A stretch of 36,824 nt of DNA from a virus (taxonomy: Duplodnaviria; Heunggongvirae; Uroviricota; Caudoviricetes). The position numbers and the translations under genes were made by a program. Each line of letters starts with the position of its first letter. The first letter of the stretch is position 1. The stretch lies in the IMG/VR virus record IMGVR_UViG_2585427781_000006. One strand, given 5' to 3'. Shown here in pieces: positions 18,289 to 26,822 of this stretch. The notes below the pieces were generated by a model, which was not told the DNA's origin, made no database searches, and saw only the letters and a program-made list of their open reading frames with translations.

Positions 18289-18491
18289 TGAAAGTGCGTG
18301 CGCATCAGTATGACACGGTGGACGCGCTTTGCTGGCGTCATTACGGGCGCACGCAGGGTGTCACGGAGCAGGTACTGAAGGCAAATCCGGGGCTTGCCGA
18401 ATATGGCCCCTTTTTACCTCACGGGCTGCAGGTGGAGCTGCCGGACATTCCGACAACCACCACCGTGCAGACCGTCCAGCTATGGGACTGA
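18288..18491 (+). CDS. X: Tail protein gpX
   Basis: 67 aa, start overlapping the L stop (TGATG); size as P2 X. Confidence 0.78.
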   Translation: MKVRAHQYDTVDALCWRHYGRTQGVTEQVLKANPGLAEYGPFLPHGLQVELPDIPTTTTVQTVQLWD

Positions 18492-18494
18492 ATT

Positions 18495-18710
18495 ATGACG
18501 CTTGAGCGAATCAGCGCCTTTATCACGTATTGCATCGCCGTCGTGCTGGCCTGGCTGGGCGATTTGTCCATCAAGGATGCCTCAACGCTGGGCGGCCTGA
18601 TGATCGGTGTGCTGATGCTGGCTATCAACTGGTACTACAAACACAAAGCCTACCAGCTTCTGCGCGACGGGCAGATCTCGCGGGAGGACTATGAATCCAT
18701 CAATCGTTAA
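18495..18710 (+). CDS. Putative holin
   Basis: 71 aa, two hydrophobic helices and a charged C-terminus, immediately upstream of the endolysin. Confidence 0.65.
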   Translation: MTLERISAFITYCIAVVLAWLGDLSIKDASTLGGLMIGVLMLAINWYYKHKAYQLLRDGQISREDYESINR

Positions 18711-19203
18711 ACGCTGCCTTGTCGGGGCCGTGCTGGCTATTGCTGCCACGCTGCCGGGTTTTCAGCAGCTTCACACCTCAGTGGAGGGGCTGAAACTGAT
18801 TGCCGATTACGAAGGCTGTCGTCTGCAGCCGTATCAGTGCAGCGCGGGTGTCTGGACCGACGGCATTGGTAATACATCGGGCGTCATTCCCGGCAAAACA
18901 ATCACGGAACGACAGGCAGCAGAAGGGCTGATCTCCAACGTGCTGCGTGTGGAGCGGGCGCTGGAAAGGTGTGTGAAACAACAGCCGCCGCAGAAGGTAT
19001 ATGACGCTGCGGTGTCGTTTGCCTTCAACGTGGGAACGGGCAATGCCTGCAGTTCCACGCTGGTGAAATTACTCAATCAGCGGCGCTGGGCGGATGCGTG
19101 CCGACAGTTGCCGCGCTGGGTTTATGTGAAAGGTGTGTTTAATCAGGGGCTGGATAACCGCCGTGCGCGGGAGATGGCCTGGTGTTTACAGGGAGCAAAC
19201 TGA
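18691..19203 (+). CDS. Endolysin (lysozyme, GH24-like) with N-terminal signal-anchor-like segment
   Basis: Lysozyme catalytic region EGLKLIADYEGCRLQPYQCSAGVWTDGIGNT (E ... D ... T triad context), preceded by a hydrophobic N-terminus (VGAVLAIAATLPG). Confidence 0.85.
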   Translation: MNPSIVKRCLVGAVLAIAATLPGFQQLHTSVEGLKLIADYEGCRLQPYQCSAGVWTDGIGNTSGVIPGKTITERQAAEGLISNVLRVERALERCVKQQPPQKVYDAAVSFAFNVGTGNACSSTLVKLLNQRRWADACRQLPRWVYVKGVFNQGLDNRRAREMAWCLQGAN

Positions 19204-19204
19204 A

Positions 19205-19582
19205 ATGAAAAAGAAATTAATCAGCGGGCTGTTTCTGATGTTATGGATGGCGCTGTTAATCACAGCAATGGTGTATCCCCAGGGGATTTTTCCGGTACTG
19301 GCAGCGTCCGGCGTTTGGGTAGCCTGTTTACTGACATGGGCGGTAATTCCGGTAGCACTGGCTGCGTTAATTAAGAATGGCCAGCTCTGGCAGGAGTTGA
19401 GGGCATCTTTGCTGAAGACCATTACCCGAAAAGAAAACGTATTTATCAGCTGGGTGATGCGATTGCTGATTGTCGTAAGTCTCGCCTGGACGGGGTGGGC
19501 TATTACCCTGGTCTTTTATCTACTGACCGTTATTGCCTTCTGGATCACCCGTAATCAGGTGGCGCAACAGGTAGCAGCATGA
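19205..19582 (+). CDS. Lysis-associated membrane protein (LysA-like)
   Basis: 125 aa, about four hydrophobic helices, between endolysin and Rz-like gene. Confidence 0.6.
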   Translation: MKKKLISGLFLMLWMALLITAMVYPQGIFPVLAASGVWVACLLTWAVIPVALAALIKNGQLWQELRASLLKTITRKENVFISWVMRLLIVVSLAWTGWAITLVFYLLTVIAFWITRNQVAQQVAA

Positions 19583-20007
19583 ACCGGTTGCTGCTGGTTA
19601 TGCTGGCGTTATTACTGGCGGCGCTGGGCTGGCAGACGTGGCGGCTGGCTGATGCCAGCCAGACCATCAGCACGCAGGCAGACGAGCTGCAGAGCAAAAG
19701 CCAGGCACTGGCAAAGAGCAACAGCCAGCTTATCAGCCTGTCCATTCTGACTGAAACCAATAACCGGGAGCAGGCGCGGCTCTATGCCGAAGCAGAACAG
19801 ACCAGCGCGCTGCTGAGACAACGACAACACCGGATAGAGGAACTGAAACGTGAGAACGAGGATTTACGCCGCTGGGCTGATACTCCTTTGCCTGCTGACA
19901 TTATCCGGCTGCGGGAACGTCCGACGCTCACCGGAGGTGCAGCTTACCGTCAGTGGTTGTCCGCGAGTGACGCCGTGTCGGCTGGATCAGGCAGCGCCGC
20001 GCACTAA
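19579..20007 (+). CDS. Rz-like i-spanin (LysB)
   Basis: 142 aa, N-terminal TM segment then coiled-coil-like charged sequence; contains the embedded Rz1 frame. Confidence 0.72.
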   Translation: MNRLLLVMLALLLAALGWQTWRLADASQTISTQADELQSKSQALAKSNSQLISLSILTETNNREQARLYAEAEQTSALLRQRQHRIEELKRENEDLRRWADTPLPADIIRLRERPTLTGGAAYRQWLSASDAVSAGSGSAAH

Positions 20008-20140
20008 CGGTGATCTGAACGCGTTGCTGGATGAAACGGAGGCCGCCTGGGCGGTCTGTGCAGACAAAGTGGACATGATTATTGCGTGTCAGGAGCGAAA
20101 CAGTGAACAAACCACAATCCCTGCGCCACGCCCTCAATAA
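19850..20140 (+). CDS. Rz1-like o-spanin lipoprotein (LysC), embedded in and extending beyond the Rz gene
   Basis: +1 frame ORF with signal peptide and lipobox LTLSGC. Start uncertain (GTG at 19850). Confidence 0.6.
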   Translation: MRTRIYAAGLILLCLLTLSGCGNVRRSPEVQLTVSGCPRVTPCRLDQAAPRTNGDLNALLDETEAAWAVCADKVDMIIACQERNSEQTTIPAPRPQ

Positions 20141-20534
20141 AGCGGTGCCTTATGTCCGCAATAACCCGGACAAACTGCATCTGTTTGTGGATAACGGTTC
20201 GCTGGTTGCCACGGGGGCCGGCTCCATGTCATGGGAGTACCGTTACACCCTGAACGCGGTGATTGAGGATTTCAGCGGGGACCAGAATCTGCTGATGGCC
20301 CCGGTTTTGCTGTGGCTGCGGGATAACCAGCCCGATGCCATCAATAATCCGGCGTTACGGGAAAAACTATTCACCTTTGAGGTGGATATTCTGCGCAACG
20401 ATGTCTGTGATATCAGCCTTAACCTGCAACTGACGGAGCGTGTGCTGGTCAGCACTGACGGCAGTGTGTCGAGCGTTGAAGCTGTAGCAGAACCCGATGA
20501 ACCTGAAGAAATGTGGACGGTGAAACGTGGCTGA
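20103..20534 (+). CDS. R: Tail completion protein gpR
   Basis: GTG 20103 with AGGAG RBS 7 nt upstream; the N-terminus (NKPQSLRHAL ... LHLFVDNGS) parallels P2 R as recalled. Confidence 0.8.
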   Translation: MNKPQSLRHALNKAVPYVRNNPDKLHLFVDNGSLVATGAGSMSWEYRYTLNAVIEDFSGDQNLLMAPVLLWLRDNQPDAINNPALREKLFTFEVDILRNDVCDISLNLQLTERVLVSTDGSVSSVEAVAEPDEPEEMWTVKRG

Positions 20535-20973
20535 ACTGCAGAAGGTGGACGACTGGCTGAGTGCTTTGCTGGCGAATCTGGAGCCAGCCGCCAGAAGCCG
20601 CATGATGCGCCAGCTGGCGCAGGAACTGCGCCGGGCACAGCAGCAGAACATCAGGATGCAACGCAATCCTGATGGCAGCAGCTATGAACCGAGGCGAGTA
20701 ACAGCACGCAGTAAAAAAGGCCGCATCAAACGGCAGATGTTTACAAAACTTCGCACCAAAAAATACCTGAAAACCGCCGCCAGCACGGATTCTGCCAGCG
20801 TGCAGTTTGAAGGTAAGGTGCAGCGTATTGCCCGCGTTCACCATTACGGCCTGCGTGATCGCGTTAGTCGCAAAGGACCTGAGGTCCGTTACGCAGAGCG
20901 TCGTCTTCTGGGCGTAAATGATGATGTTGAGGCAATGACCCGCGACATGATTCTGCAATGGCTGGCGGGGTGA
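20527..20973 (+). CDS. S: Tail completion / virion morphogenesis protein gpS
   Basis: 148 aa, GTG start overlapping the R end; size as P2 S. Confidence 0.82.
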   Translation: MAELQKVDDWLSALLANLEPAARSRMMRQLAQELRRAQQQNIRMQRNPDGSSYEPRRVTARSKKGRIKRQMFTKLRTKKYLKTAASTDSASVQFEGKVQRIARVHHYGLRDRVSRKGPEVRYAERRLLGVNDDVEAMTRDMILQWLAG

Positions 20974-20977
20974 TCTT

Positions 20978-20995
20978 TGTATCAGCACTGATACA
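20978..20995. promoter_or_regulatory. Ogr/Delta-type late promoter dyad TGT-N12-ACA (upstream of V)
   Basis: TTTGTatcagcactgatACAAG, internally palindromic, about 50 nt upstream of the gpV start. Confidence 0.5.
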
Positions 20996-21041
20996 AGTTG
21001 CAGCACTGCCGCCTTTCTTCCCCTGATGGCAACCTTTCCCT

Positions 21042-21620
21042 ATGAACGCACAATTAACCGAAATCATGCGCCTTATCACCAACCTGATCCGCACTGGGGT
21101 AGTCACCGAAGTGGACCGGGAAAACTGGCTTTGTCGGGTGAAAACGGGCGACCTTGAAACCAACTGGATTAACTGGCTGACGCTGCGCGCGGGTAATGCC
21201 CGCACATGGTGGAAACCATCGGAAGGTGAGCAGGTGGTGCTGCTGAGTCTGGGCGGCAATCTGGAGACCGCCTTTGCGCTGCCCGCTGTCTATTCGAATC
21301 AGTTCGCACCACCGTCGACGTCGGCGGACGCCTGCGTGACAGAACATCCTGACGGTGGCTGGTTTGAATACGAACCCGCCACCGGGCGCTGGTATGTCAG
21401 GGGCATCAAATCAATGGTCATTGAGGCCGCTGACAACATCACCCTGAAAACCAGTGAGTTTGTACTGGAGGCTGACCGCACGCGCATTAACAGCGAAGTG
21501 GTGATCAATGGTGGCGTTACCCAGGGCGGCGGAGCGATGAGTTCTAACGGGATCGTGGTTGATGCGCATCAGCATACTGGCGTCCTGAAAGGCGGCGATA
21601 CAACCGGAGGCCCGGTATGA
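21042..21620 (+). CDS. V: Baseplate spike protein gpV
   Basis: The N-terminus parallels P2 V as recalled (MNxxxxExxRxxxNxIRTG ... TWWxPSxGEQV). Confidence 0.88.
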   Translation: MNAQLTEIMRLITNLIRTGVVTEVDRENWLCRVKTGDLETNWINWLTLRAGNARTWWKPSEGEQVVLLSLGGNLETAFALPAVYSNQFAPPSTSADACVTEHPDGGWFEYEPATGRWYVRGIKSMVIEAADNITLKTSEFVLEADRTRINSEVVINGGVTQGGGAMSSNGIVVDAHQHTGVLKGGDTTGGPV

Positions 21621-21976
21621 CGCTTTATAGCGGGATGAACAATACCAGCGGCAAAGCCATTACTGATATTGACCATCTGCGCCAGTCGGTGCGGGACATT
21701 CTGCTGACGCCGCAGGGTAGCCGCATTGCTCGCCGTGAATATGGTTCCCTGCTGTCGGCACTGATAGCCCAGCCACAAAATCCGGCGTTACGCCTGCAGG
21801 TCATGTCGGCAGTGTATGTGGCGCTGAGTCGCTGGGAGCCACGGCTGACGCTGGATTACATCACCATTAACAGCAATTTTGACGGTTCAATGGTGGTGGG
21901 ACTGACTGGGCGGCGTAATAACGGTGTGCCTGTTTCCCTTTCCGTATCAACAGGAGCAGAGAATGGCAGTGATTGA
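21617..21976 (+). CDS. W: Baseplate protein gpW
   Basis: 119 aa, overlapping the V stop; size as P2 W. Confidence 0.88.
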   Translation: MTLYSGMNNTSGKAITDIDHLRQSVRDILLTPQGSRIARREYGSLLSALIAQPQNPALRLQVMSAVYVALSRWEPRLTLDYITINSNFDGSMVVGLTGRRNNGVPVSLSVSTGAENGSD

Positions 21977-22871
21977 CCTTTCGCAGTTGCCTGCGCCGCA
22001 GATTGTCGATGTGCCGGACTTTGAGACGTTGCTTGCCGAACGCAAGGCCGAATTTGTTGCGCTTCATCCGAAAGATGAGCAGGAAGCAGTGATCCGCACG
22101 CTGGAACTGGAATCTGAACCAGTCACCAAATTGTTGCAGGAGAACGCTTACCGTGAGTTGCTTCTGCGCCAGCGCATTAACGAAGCCGCGCAGGCGGTGA
22201 TGGTGGCTTACGCGATGGGCGGCGATCTTGACCAGCTCGCTGCCAACTACAACGTGAAACGCCTGACGGTGACGCCTGCTGATAATGACGCTGTGCCGCC
22301 CGTTGCGGCTGTGATGGAAAGCGATGAAGCGTTACGCCTGCGTGTGCCTGCAGCCTTTGAAGGGCTTTCGGTTGCGGGGCCAACTGCCGCTTATGAATTT
22401 CATGCCCGAAGCGCCGACGGTCGGGTGGCGGATGCCAGTGCAACCAGCCCGGCACCAGCAGAGGTGGTGCTGACTGTTCTTAGCCGCGAAGGCGACGGAA
22501 CTGCAGAAAAAGACTTGCTGGATGTGGTGGAGAACGCCCTGAACAGTGAGAACGTCCGCCCGGTGGCTGACCGTCTGACGGTTCGCAGCGCAGAAATCAT
22601 CCCGTACCGAGTGGAAGCCACCATTTTTCTTTATCCGGGACCGGAAGCAGAGCCGGTAATGGCAGCGGCAAAAGCCAGCCTGCAGAAGTACATCGCCAGT
22701 CAGACGCGTCTTGGTCGGGATATTCGCCGTAGCGCCATCTTTGCCGCCCTGCATGTTGAGGGTGTGCAGCGTGTGGAGCTGGCTTCCCCTCTGGCGGATG
22801 TGGTCCTGAACAAAACACAGGCGGCATCATGTACGCAGTGGAGCGTGACCAACGGAGGAACGGATGAATAG
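21963..22871 (+). CDS. J: Baseplate protein gpJ
   Basis: 302 aa from ATG 21963 with AGGAG RBS; size as P2 J. Confidence 0.88.
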   Translation: MAVIDLSQLPAPQIVDVPDFETLLAERKAEFVALHPKDEQEAVIRTLELESEPVTKLLQENAYRELLLRQRINEAAQAVMVAYAMGGDLDQLAANYNVKRLTVTPADNDAVPPVAAVMESDEALRLRVPAAFEGLSVAGPTAAYEFHARSADGRVADASATSPAPAEVVLTVLSREGDGTAEKDLLDVVENALNSENVRPVADRLTVRSAEIIPYRVEATIFLYPGPEAEPVMAAAKASLQKYIASQTRLGRDIRRSAIFAALHVEGVQRVELASPLADVVLNKTQAASCTQWSVTNGGTDE

Positions 22872-23469
22872 TCTGCTGCCACCGGGTTCAACTTCACTGG
22901 AGCGACGACTGGCGCAAACCTGCAGTGGGATTTCTGATCTGCAGGTGCCGCTGCGTGACTTGTGGAATCCGGCAACCTGTCCGGTCAGTTTCCTGCCTTA
23001 TCTCGCCTGGGCGTTCTCTGTGGATCGCTGGGATGAGGGCTGGACAGAAAGCGTCAAGCGCCAGGTGGCGAAGGATGCTTTTTATATTCATCAGCATAAA
23101 GGGACCACCAGTGCCGTGCGGCGGGTGGTGGAGCCGTTCGGCTTTCTGATCCGCATTATTGAGTGGTGGCAGACCGGAGAGGCACCGGGCACGTTTCGCC
23201 TGGATATCGGCGTGCAGGACCAGGGCATAACTGAAGATACCTATCTGGAACTTGAGCGACTGATAAGTGATGCCAAACCATGTAGCCGTCACATGATCGG
23301 CATGTCCATCAATCTGCAGACCAGCGGCCCGCATTGGGTGGGAGCCGCCAGCTATCTTGGCGAAGAAATCACGATCTATCCGTATATCAACGAAACGATT
23401 ATTTCCGGTGGCACCGCGCATGAAGGTGGGGCGGTCCATGTTATTGACACAATGAGAGTGAATCCATGA
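22864..23469 (+). CDS. I: Baseplate/tail protein gpI
   Basis: 201 aa, follows J as in P2. Confidence 0.82.
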   Translation: MNSLLPPGSTSLERRLAQTCSGISDLQVPLRDLWNPATCPVSFLPYLAWAFSVDRWDEGWTESVKRQVAKDAFYIHQHKGTTSAVRRVVEPFGFLIRIIEWWQTGEAPGTFRLDIGVQDQGITEDTYLELERLISDAKPCSRHMIGMSINLQTSGPHWVGAASYLGEEITIYPYINETIISGGTAHEGGAVHVIDTMRVNP

Positions 23470-24881
23470 GCACAAAATTTTATACCCTGCTGACGGATAT
23501 TGGCGCGGCGAAACTTGCCAGCGCCGCCGCGCTCGGTGTGCCGCTAAAAATTACCCATATGGCGGTGGGCGATGGCGGCGGAGTATTGCCAACGCCGGAC
23601 GCAAAGCAGACGGCACTGGTAAATGAGAAACGCCGGGCTGCGCTGAATATGCTTTATATCGACCCGCAGAACAGCAGCCAGATTATTGCTGAACAGGTGA
23701 TCCCTGAAAACGAGGGCGGTTGGTGGATACGTGAAGTGGGCCTGTTTGATGAGTCCGGGGCATTGATTGCCGTGGGCAACTGCCCGGAAAGCTATAAGCC
23801 GCAACTGGCTGAAGGCAGCGGGCGCACCCAGACCGTGCGCATGGTGCTGATTACCAGCAGTACGGACAATATCACCCTGAAAATCGACCCTGCTGTAGTG
23901 CTGGCAACCCGCAAGTATGTGGATGACAAGGCACTGGAGCTGAAGGTGTACGTGGATGACCTGATGGCAAAACATCTTGCCGCACCGGACCCGCATTCAC
24001 AATATGCACCCAAAGAAAGTCCGACGTTTACCGGAACCCCCAAAGCGCCAACGCCAGCGGCGGGGAATAATACCACGCAGCTTGCGACCACCGCATTTGT
24101 TCAGGCGGCACTGACGGCTCTTATTAATGGTGCGCCAGCCACGCTGGACACGCTGAAAGAAATAGCCGTAGCCATTAACAATGATCCGAAATTCAGTACC
24201 ACCATTAACAATGCGCTGGCACTGAAAGCGCCGCTGTCGAGTCCGGCACTCACCGGAACGCCAACAGCCCCCACGGCGGCGCAGTCGGTCAACAATACAC
24301 AGATTGCCACTACGGCTTTTGTGAAATCGGCGATTGCAGGAATGGTGGGTTCTGCACCTGCGGCCCTAGATACACTGAACGAACTGGCGGCGGCGCTGGG
24401 GAATGATCCGAACTTTGCCACGACAATGCTTAATGCGCTGGCAGGTAAACAACCGCTGGACAATACGCTGACTAATTTGAGTGGAAAGGATGTAGCTGGT
24501 CTTCTCGCATACCTTGGTTTGGGAGAAGCGGCAAAACGGAATGTAGGTAACGGGCAAAACCAAATTCCGGATATGGCGGCGTTTGCCAGTTCACTTTCAT
24601 CAACGGGTTTTCAAAAACTCCCTTCAGGTCTGATTATTCAGTGGGGTATTGTCAGTGGAGCATCAAACTATACGGTGACTTACCCGGTAACATTCCCAAA
24701 TCGTTCACTTGCGCTGTTGGCTGTGCCACATACAACGTCGGTGGCTGGTATATCTGCAATGGGCATAGCGAACTGTTCTGATATCAGCAAATCACAGTTC
24801 TATATAATTGTTGGCGGTATATCTCAGGGAGAAATTGTCAAATATGAAAGGTCCTGTTTTTGGGTAGCAATCGGTGTATAG
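23466..24881 (+). CDS. H: Tail fibre protein gpH (constant N-terminal part plus variable C-terminal cassette)
   Basis: 471 aa. C-terminal part from about 24540 lies inside the invertible segment. Confidence 0.85.
   Translation: MSTKFYTLLTDIGAAKLASAAALGVPLKITHMAVGDGGGVLPTPDAKQTALVNEKRRAALNMLYIDPQNSSQIIAEQVIPENEGGWWIREVGLFDESGALIAVGNCPESYKPQLAEGSGRTQTVRMVLITSSTDNITLKIDPAVVLATRKYVDDKALELKVYVDDLMAKHLAAPDPHSQYAPKESPTFTGTPKAPTPAAGNNTTQLATTAFVQAALTALINGAPATLDTLKEIAVAINNDPKFSTTINNALALKAPLSSPALTGTPTAPTAAQSVNNTQIATTAFVKSAIAGMVGSAPAALDTLNELAAALGNDPNFATTMLNALAGKQPLDNTLTNLSGKDVAGLLAYLGLGEAAKRNVGNGQNQIPDMAAFASSLSSTGFQKLPSGLIIQWGIVSGASNYTVTYPVTFPNRSLALLAVPHTTSVAGISAMGIANCSDISKSQFYIIVGGISQGEIVKYERSCFWVAIGV
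24518..24539. repeat. Left inverted repeat of the invertible tail-fibre segment (contains the invertase crossover site)
   Basis: TTTGGGAGAAGCGGCAAAACGG; exact reverse complement at 26020..26041. Flanking ACCTTGGTTT resembles the AAACC-NN-GGTTT core of gix/hix/cix sites. Confidence 0.65.
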
Positions 24882-24889
24882 GTATATCT

Positions 24890-25285
24890 ATGATTTATTT
24901 CTCAAAATCGACTAATGGTTTTTTCTTTGATGGTATAAACAGCGACATGCCTGCTGACATTGTTGAGATAAGTACAGACTTATACAATGAATTAATTGCC
25001 GGACAGCAGGAAGGGGGGAAATTAATCACGTCAGATGAAAATGGTTTACCGGTACTGAAATCTCCGGCGATTGATTATGTCGCACGTGCTGAAAATCAGC
25101 GAATGCAGTTACTTGCTCATGCCGATAATGTCACAGCTGACTGGCGGGTGGAATTAATGCTTGGTGATATCAGCTGTACAGATAAAGAAAAACTATCTGC
25201 CTGGATGGACTACAAAAAAGAAGTAAAAGCCGTCGACACTTCGACGGCTCCTGAGATTAGCTGGCCTGAGTTACCGGAGGTGTAG
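24890..25285 (+). CDS. Tail fibre assembly protein (Tfa, active orientation)
   Basis: 131 aa from ATG 24890; C-terminal ISWPELP motif shared with the opposite-strand copy. Confidence 0.75.
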   Translation: MIYFSKSTNGFFFDGINSDMPADIVEISTDLYNELIAGQQEGGKLITSDENGLPVLKSPAIDYVARAENQRMQLLAHADNVTADWRVELMLGDISCTDKEKLSAWMDYKKEVKAVDTSTAPEISWPELPEV

Positions 25286-25676
25286 GCCATTCAATATCTG
25301 GCGCACCGGAAGTATCGACCAGTTCCAGTGCGTCCAGGTAATCCAGCCACAAATTATATTGTGCCAGTTCCTCACCTTTCAGCCGGCCAATAGCCGCTTT
25401 ACCAGGCCATTGTTTACTGTTCATATAATCGTTGGCCTGTTCAATAAGTATATTTTTCATTCCCTCCGCTTCAGCTATTTCCTGTTCATGTGTCTTCGCT
25501 GGATATTCAGTAAGTACAGGGTAGTTATCCGGGCTATTGATAATAATTTTCCCCGTACTCTGACCATTCATAAGTTCATAATAAAGAGCATCTTCAATAT
25601 CGAAAGCATCATCGGGAATATCGCTGTTGTTTTCAGAGAAAAATCCCTGAACAGATGGGGACCATTTCATTTTCAT
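25257..25676 (-). CDS. Tail fibre assembly protein (Tfa', alternative orientation)
   Basis: 139 aa, convergent with and overlapping the 3' end of the plus-strand tfa; C-terminal IEWPTPP motif. Confidence 0.75.
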   Translation of the reverse strand: MKMKWSPSVQGFFSENNSDIPDDAFDIEDALYYELMNGQSTGKIIINSPDNYPVLTEYPAKTHEQEIAEAEGMKNILIEQANDYMNSKQWPGKAAIGRLKGEELAQYNLWLDYLDALELVDTSGAPDIEWPTPPVTQAS

Positions 25677-26041
25677 AATTTCCCAATTCCTAAAATATGG
25701 ACATCATCAGCCTTACGGGCATTCCAGGTGACAATTACATCGGTAGAGTGACGATTAACTGAGATTGCGTATGCTTCGTTAGTCGAGCCAGAAACTTTTG
25801 TGGCAAACACAGCAAACAGGACACCAAATGACTGGGGCCATTTATAGCCTGACAGCTGATAATTACCATTATCCAGTGTTACAGCTTTGACTGCTGCACT
25901 TGATGGAATCGTCAGCCACTGGAGTATCAACCCTCCTGGCAAAAGTTGTTTTCCATAAAAATCCCTCACACCACTAAATGAAACCATATCCGGTATCTGA
26001 TTTTCCCCTGTTCCCACGTCCCGTTTTGCCGCTTCTCCCAA
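25673..26041 (-). CDS. Alternative tail-fibre C-terminal cassette (Hv'), expressed only after inversion
   Basis: Minus-strand frame encodes [23 protein letters not shown], paralogous to gpH residues [23 protein letters not shown]. No independent N-terminal domain or RBS. Confidence 0.65.
   Translation of the reverse strand: MGEAAKRDVGTGENQIPDMVSFSGVRDFYGKQLLPGGLILQWLTIPSSAAVKAVTLDNGNYQLSGYKWPQSFGVLFAVFATKVSGSTNEAYAISVNRHSTDVIVTWNARKADDVHILGIGKL
26020..26041. repeat. Right inverted repeat of the invertible tail-fibre segment
   Basis: CCGTTTTGCCGCTTCTCCCAAA, reverse complement of 24518..24539; flanking AAAACCAACGTTT resembles the invertase crossover core. Confidence 0.65.
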
Positions 26042-26113
26042 ACCAACGTTTATGAAAATGCAGAGATAACGGCTAACTGGCATCATCCCTGGTTTTTATT
26101 CAGGGGATTGATC

Positions 26114-26680
26114 ATGCTTATTGGCTATGTACGCGTGTCAACAAATGACCAGAACACCGATTTGCAACGTAATGCACTGAACTGCGCGGGATGTGAGCGG
26201 ATTTTTGAGGACAAAATCAGTGGCACTAAGTCCGACAGACCGGGACTGAAAAAACTACTCAGGACACTATCGGCAGGAGACACGCTGGTTGTCTGGAAGC
26301 TGGACAGGTTGGGGCGCAGTATGCGGCATCTCGTTACGCTGATAGAAGAGCTGCGCCAGCGTGGCGTGAATTTCCGAAGCCTGACTGACAGTATTGATAC
26401 CAGTACCCCAATGGGCCGTTTCTTTTTTCATGTCATGGGGGCCCTGGCTGAAATGGAGCGCGAACTAATAGTTGAACGTACCAGGGCGGGGCTTGCTGCA
26501 GCTCGCGCCAAAGGCAGAGTAGGTGGACGCCGTCCTAAGTTGACCACCGAACAGTGGGCACAGATTGGACGTTTACTCGAGGCCGGAGAATCAAGACAGC
26601 GTATTGCACTGATTTTTGATGTAGGTATTTCCACAATTTATAGAAAATTTCCGGTAAATAAGAGCAATGAATCTCCCTGA
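26114..26680 (+). CDS. Serine recombinase, DNA invertase (Gin/Pin/Cin/Hin family)
   Basis: MLIGYVRVSTNDQNTDLQRNAL with catalytic Ser context and C-terminal HTH; near-identical in pattern to Gin/Pin as recalled. Confidence 0.92.
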   Translation: MLIGYVRVSTNDQNTDLQRNALNCAGCERIFEDKISGTKSDRPGLKKLLRTLSAGDTLVVWKLDRLGRSMRHLVTLIEELRQRGVNFRSLTDSIDTSTPMGRFFFHVMGALAEMERELIVERTRAGLAAARAKGRVGGRRPKLTTEQWAQIGRLLEAGESRQRIALIFDVGISTIYRKFPVNKSNESP

Positions 26681-26728
26681 ATCAGCATTATTTTGATTAT
26701 TCCTGCAAGCGGACAAATACCGTCATTT

Positions 26729-26746
26729 TGTGTGAATAACGGTACA
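26729..26746. promoter_or_regulatory. Ogr/Delta-type late promoter dyad TGT-N12-ACA (upstream of FI)
   Basis: TTTGTgtgaataacggtACAAC, about 80 nt upstream of the sheath gene start. Confidence 0.5.
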
Positions 26747-26822
26747 ACTGCGCTTAGCTGTTTGTCGGACACAATCACTTCAACATAGGGCGAAGCCTAA
26801 TCCAATCAGGAGGTTCGCCACT

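Larger units (their letters stand above)
24518..26041. other. Invertible DNA segment (G-segment-like) carrying two alternative tail-fibre C-termini and two tail-fibre assembly genes
   Basis: Bounded by 22-bp perfect inverted repeats. Contains convergent tfa genes and an oppositely oriented fibre C-terminal cassette lacking its own N-terminus. Gin/Pin-type invertase gene immediately adjacent. Confidence 0.7.

Noticed and set aside
22177-22975. Cluster of minus-strand ORFs (92 to 140 aa) inside gpJ
   Set aside because: All antisense to a conserved baseplate gene, with Arg/Pro-rich composition typical of GC-rich antisense frames.
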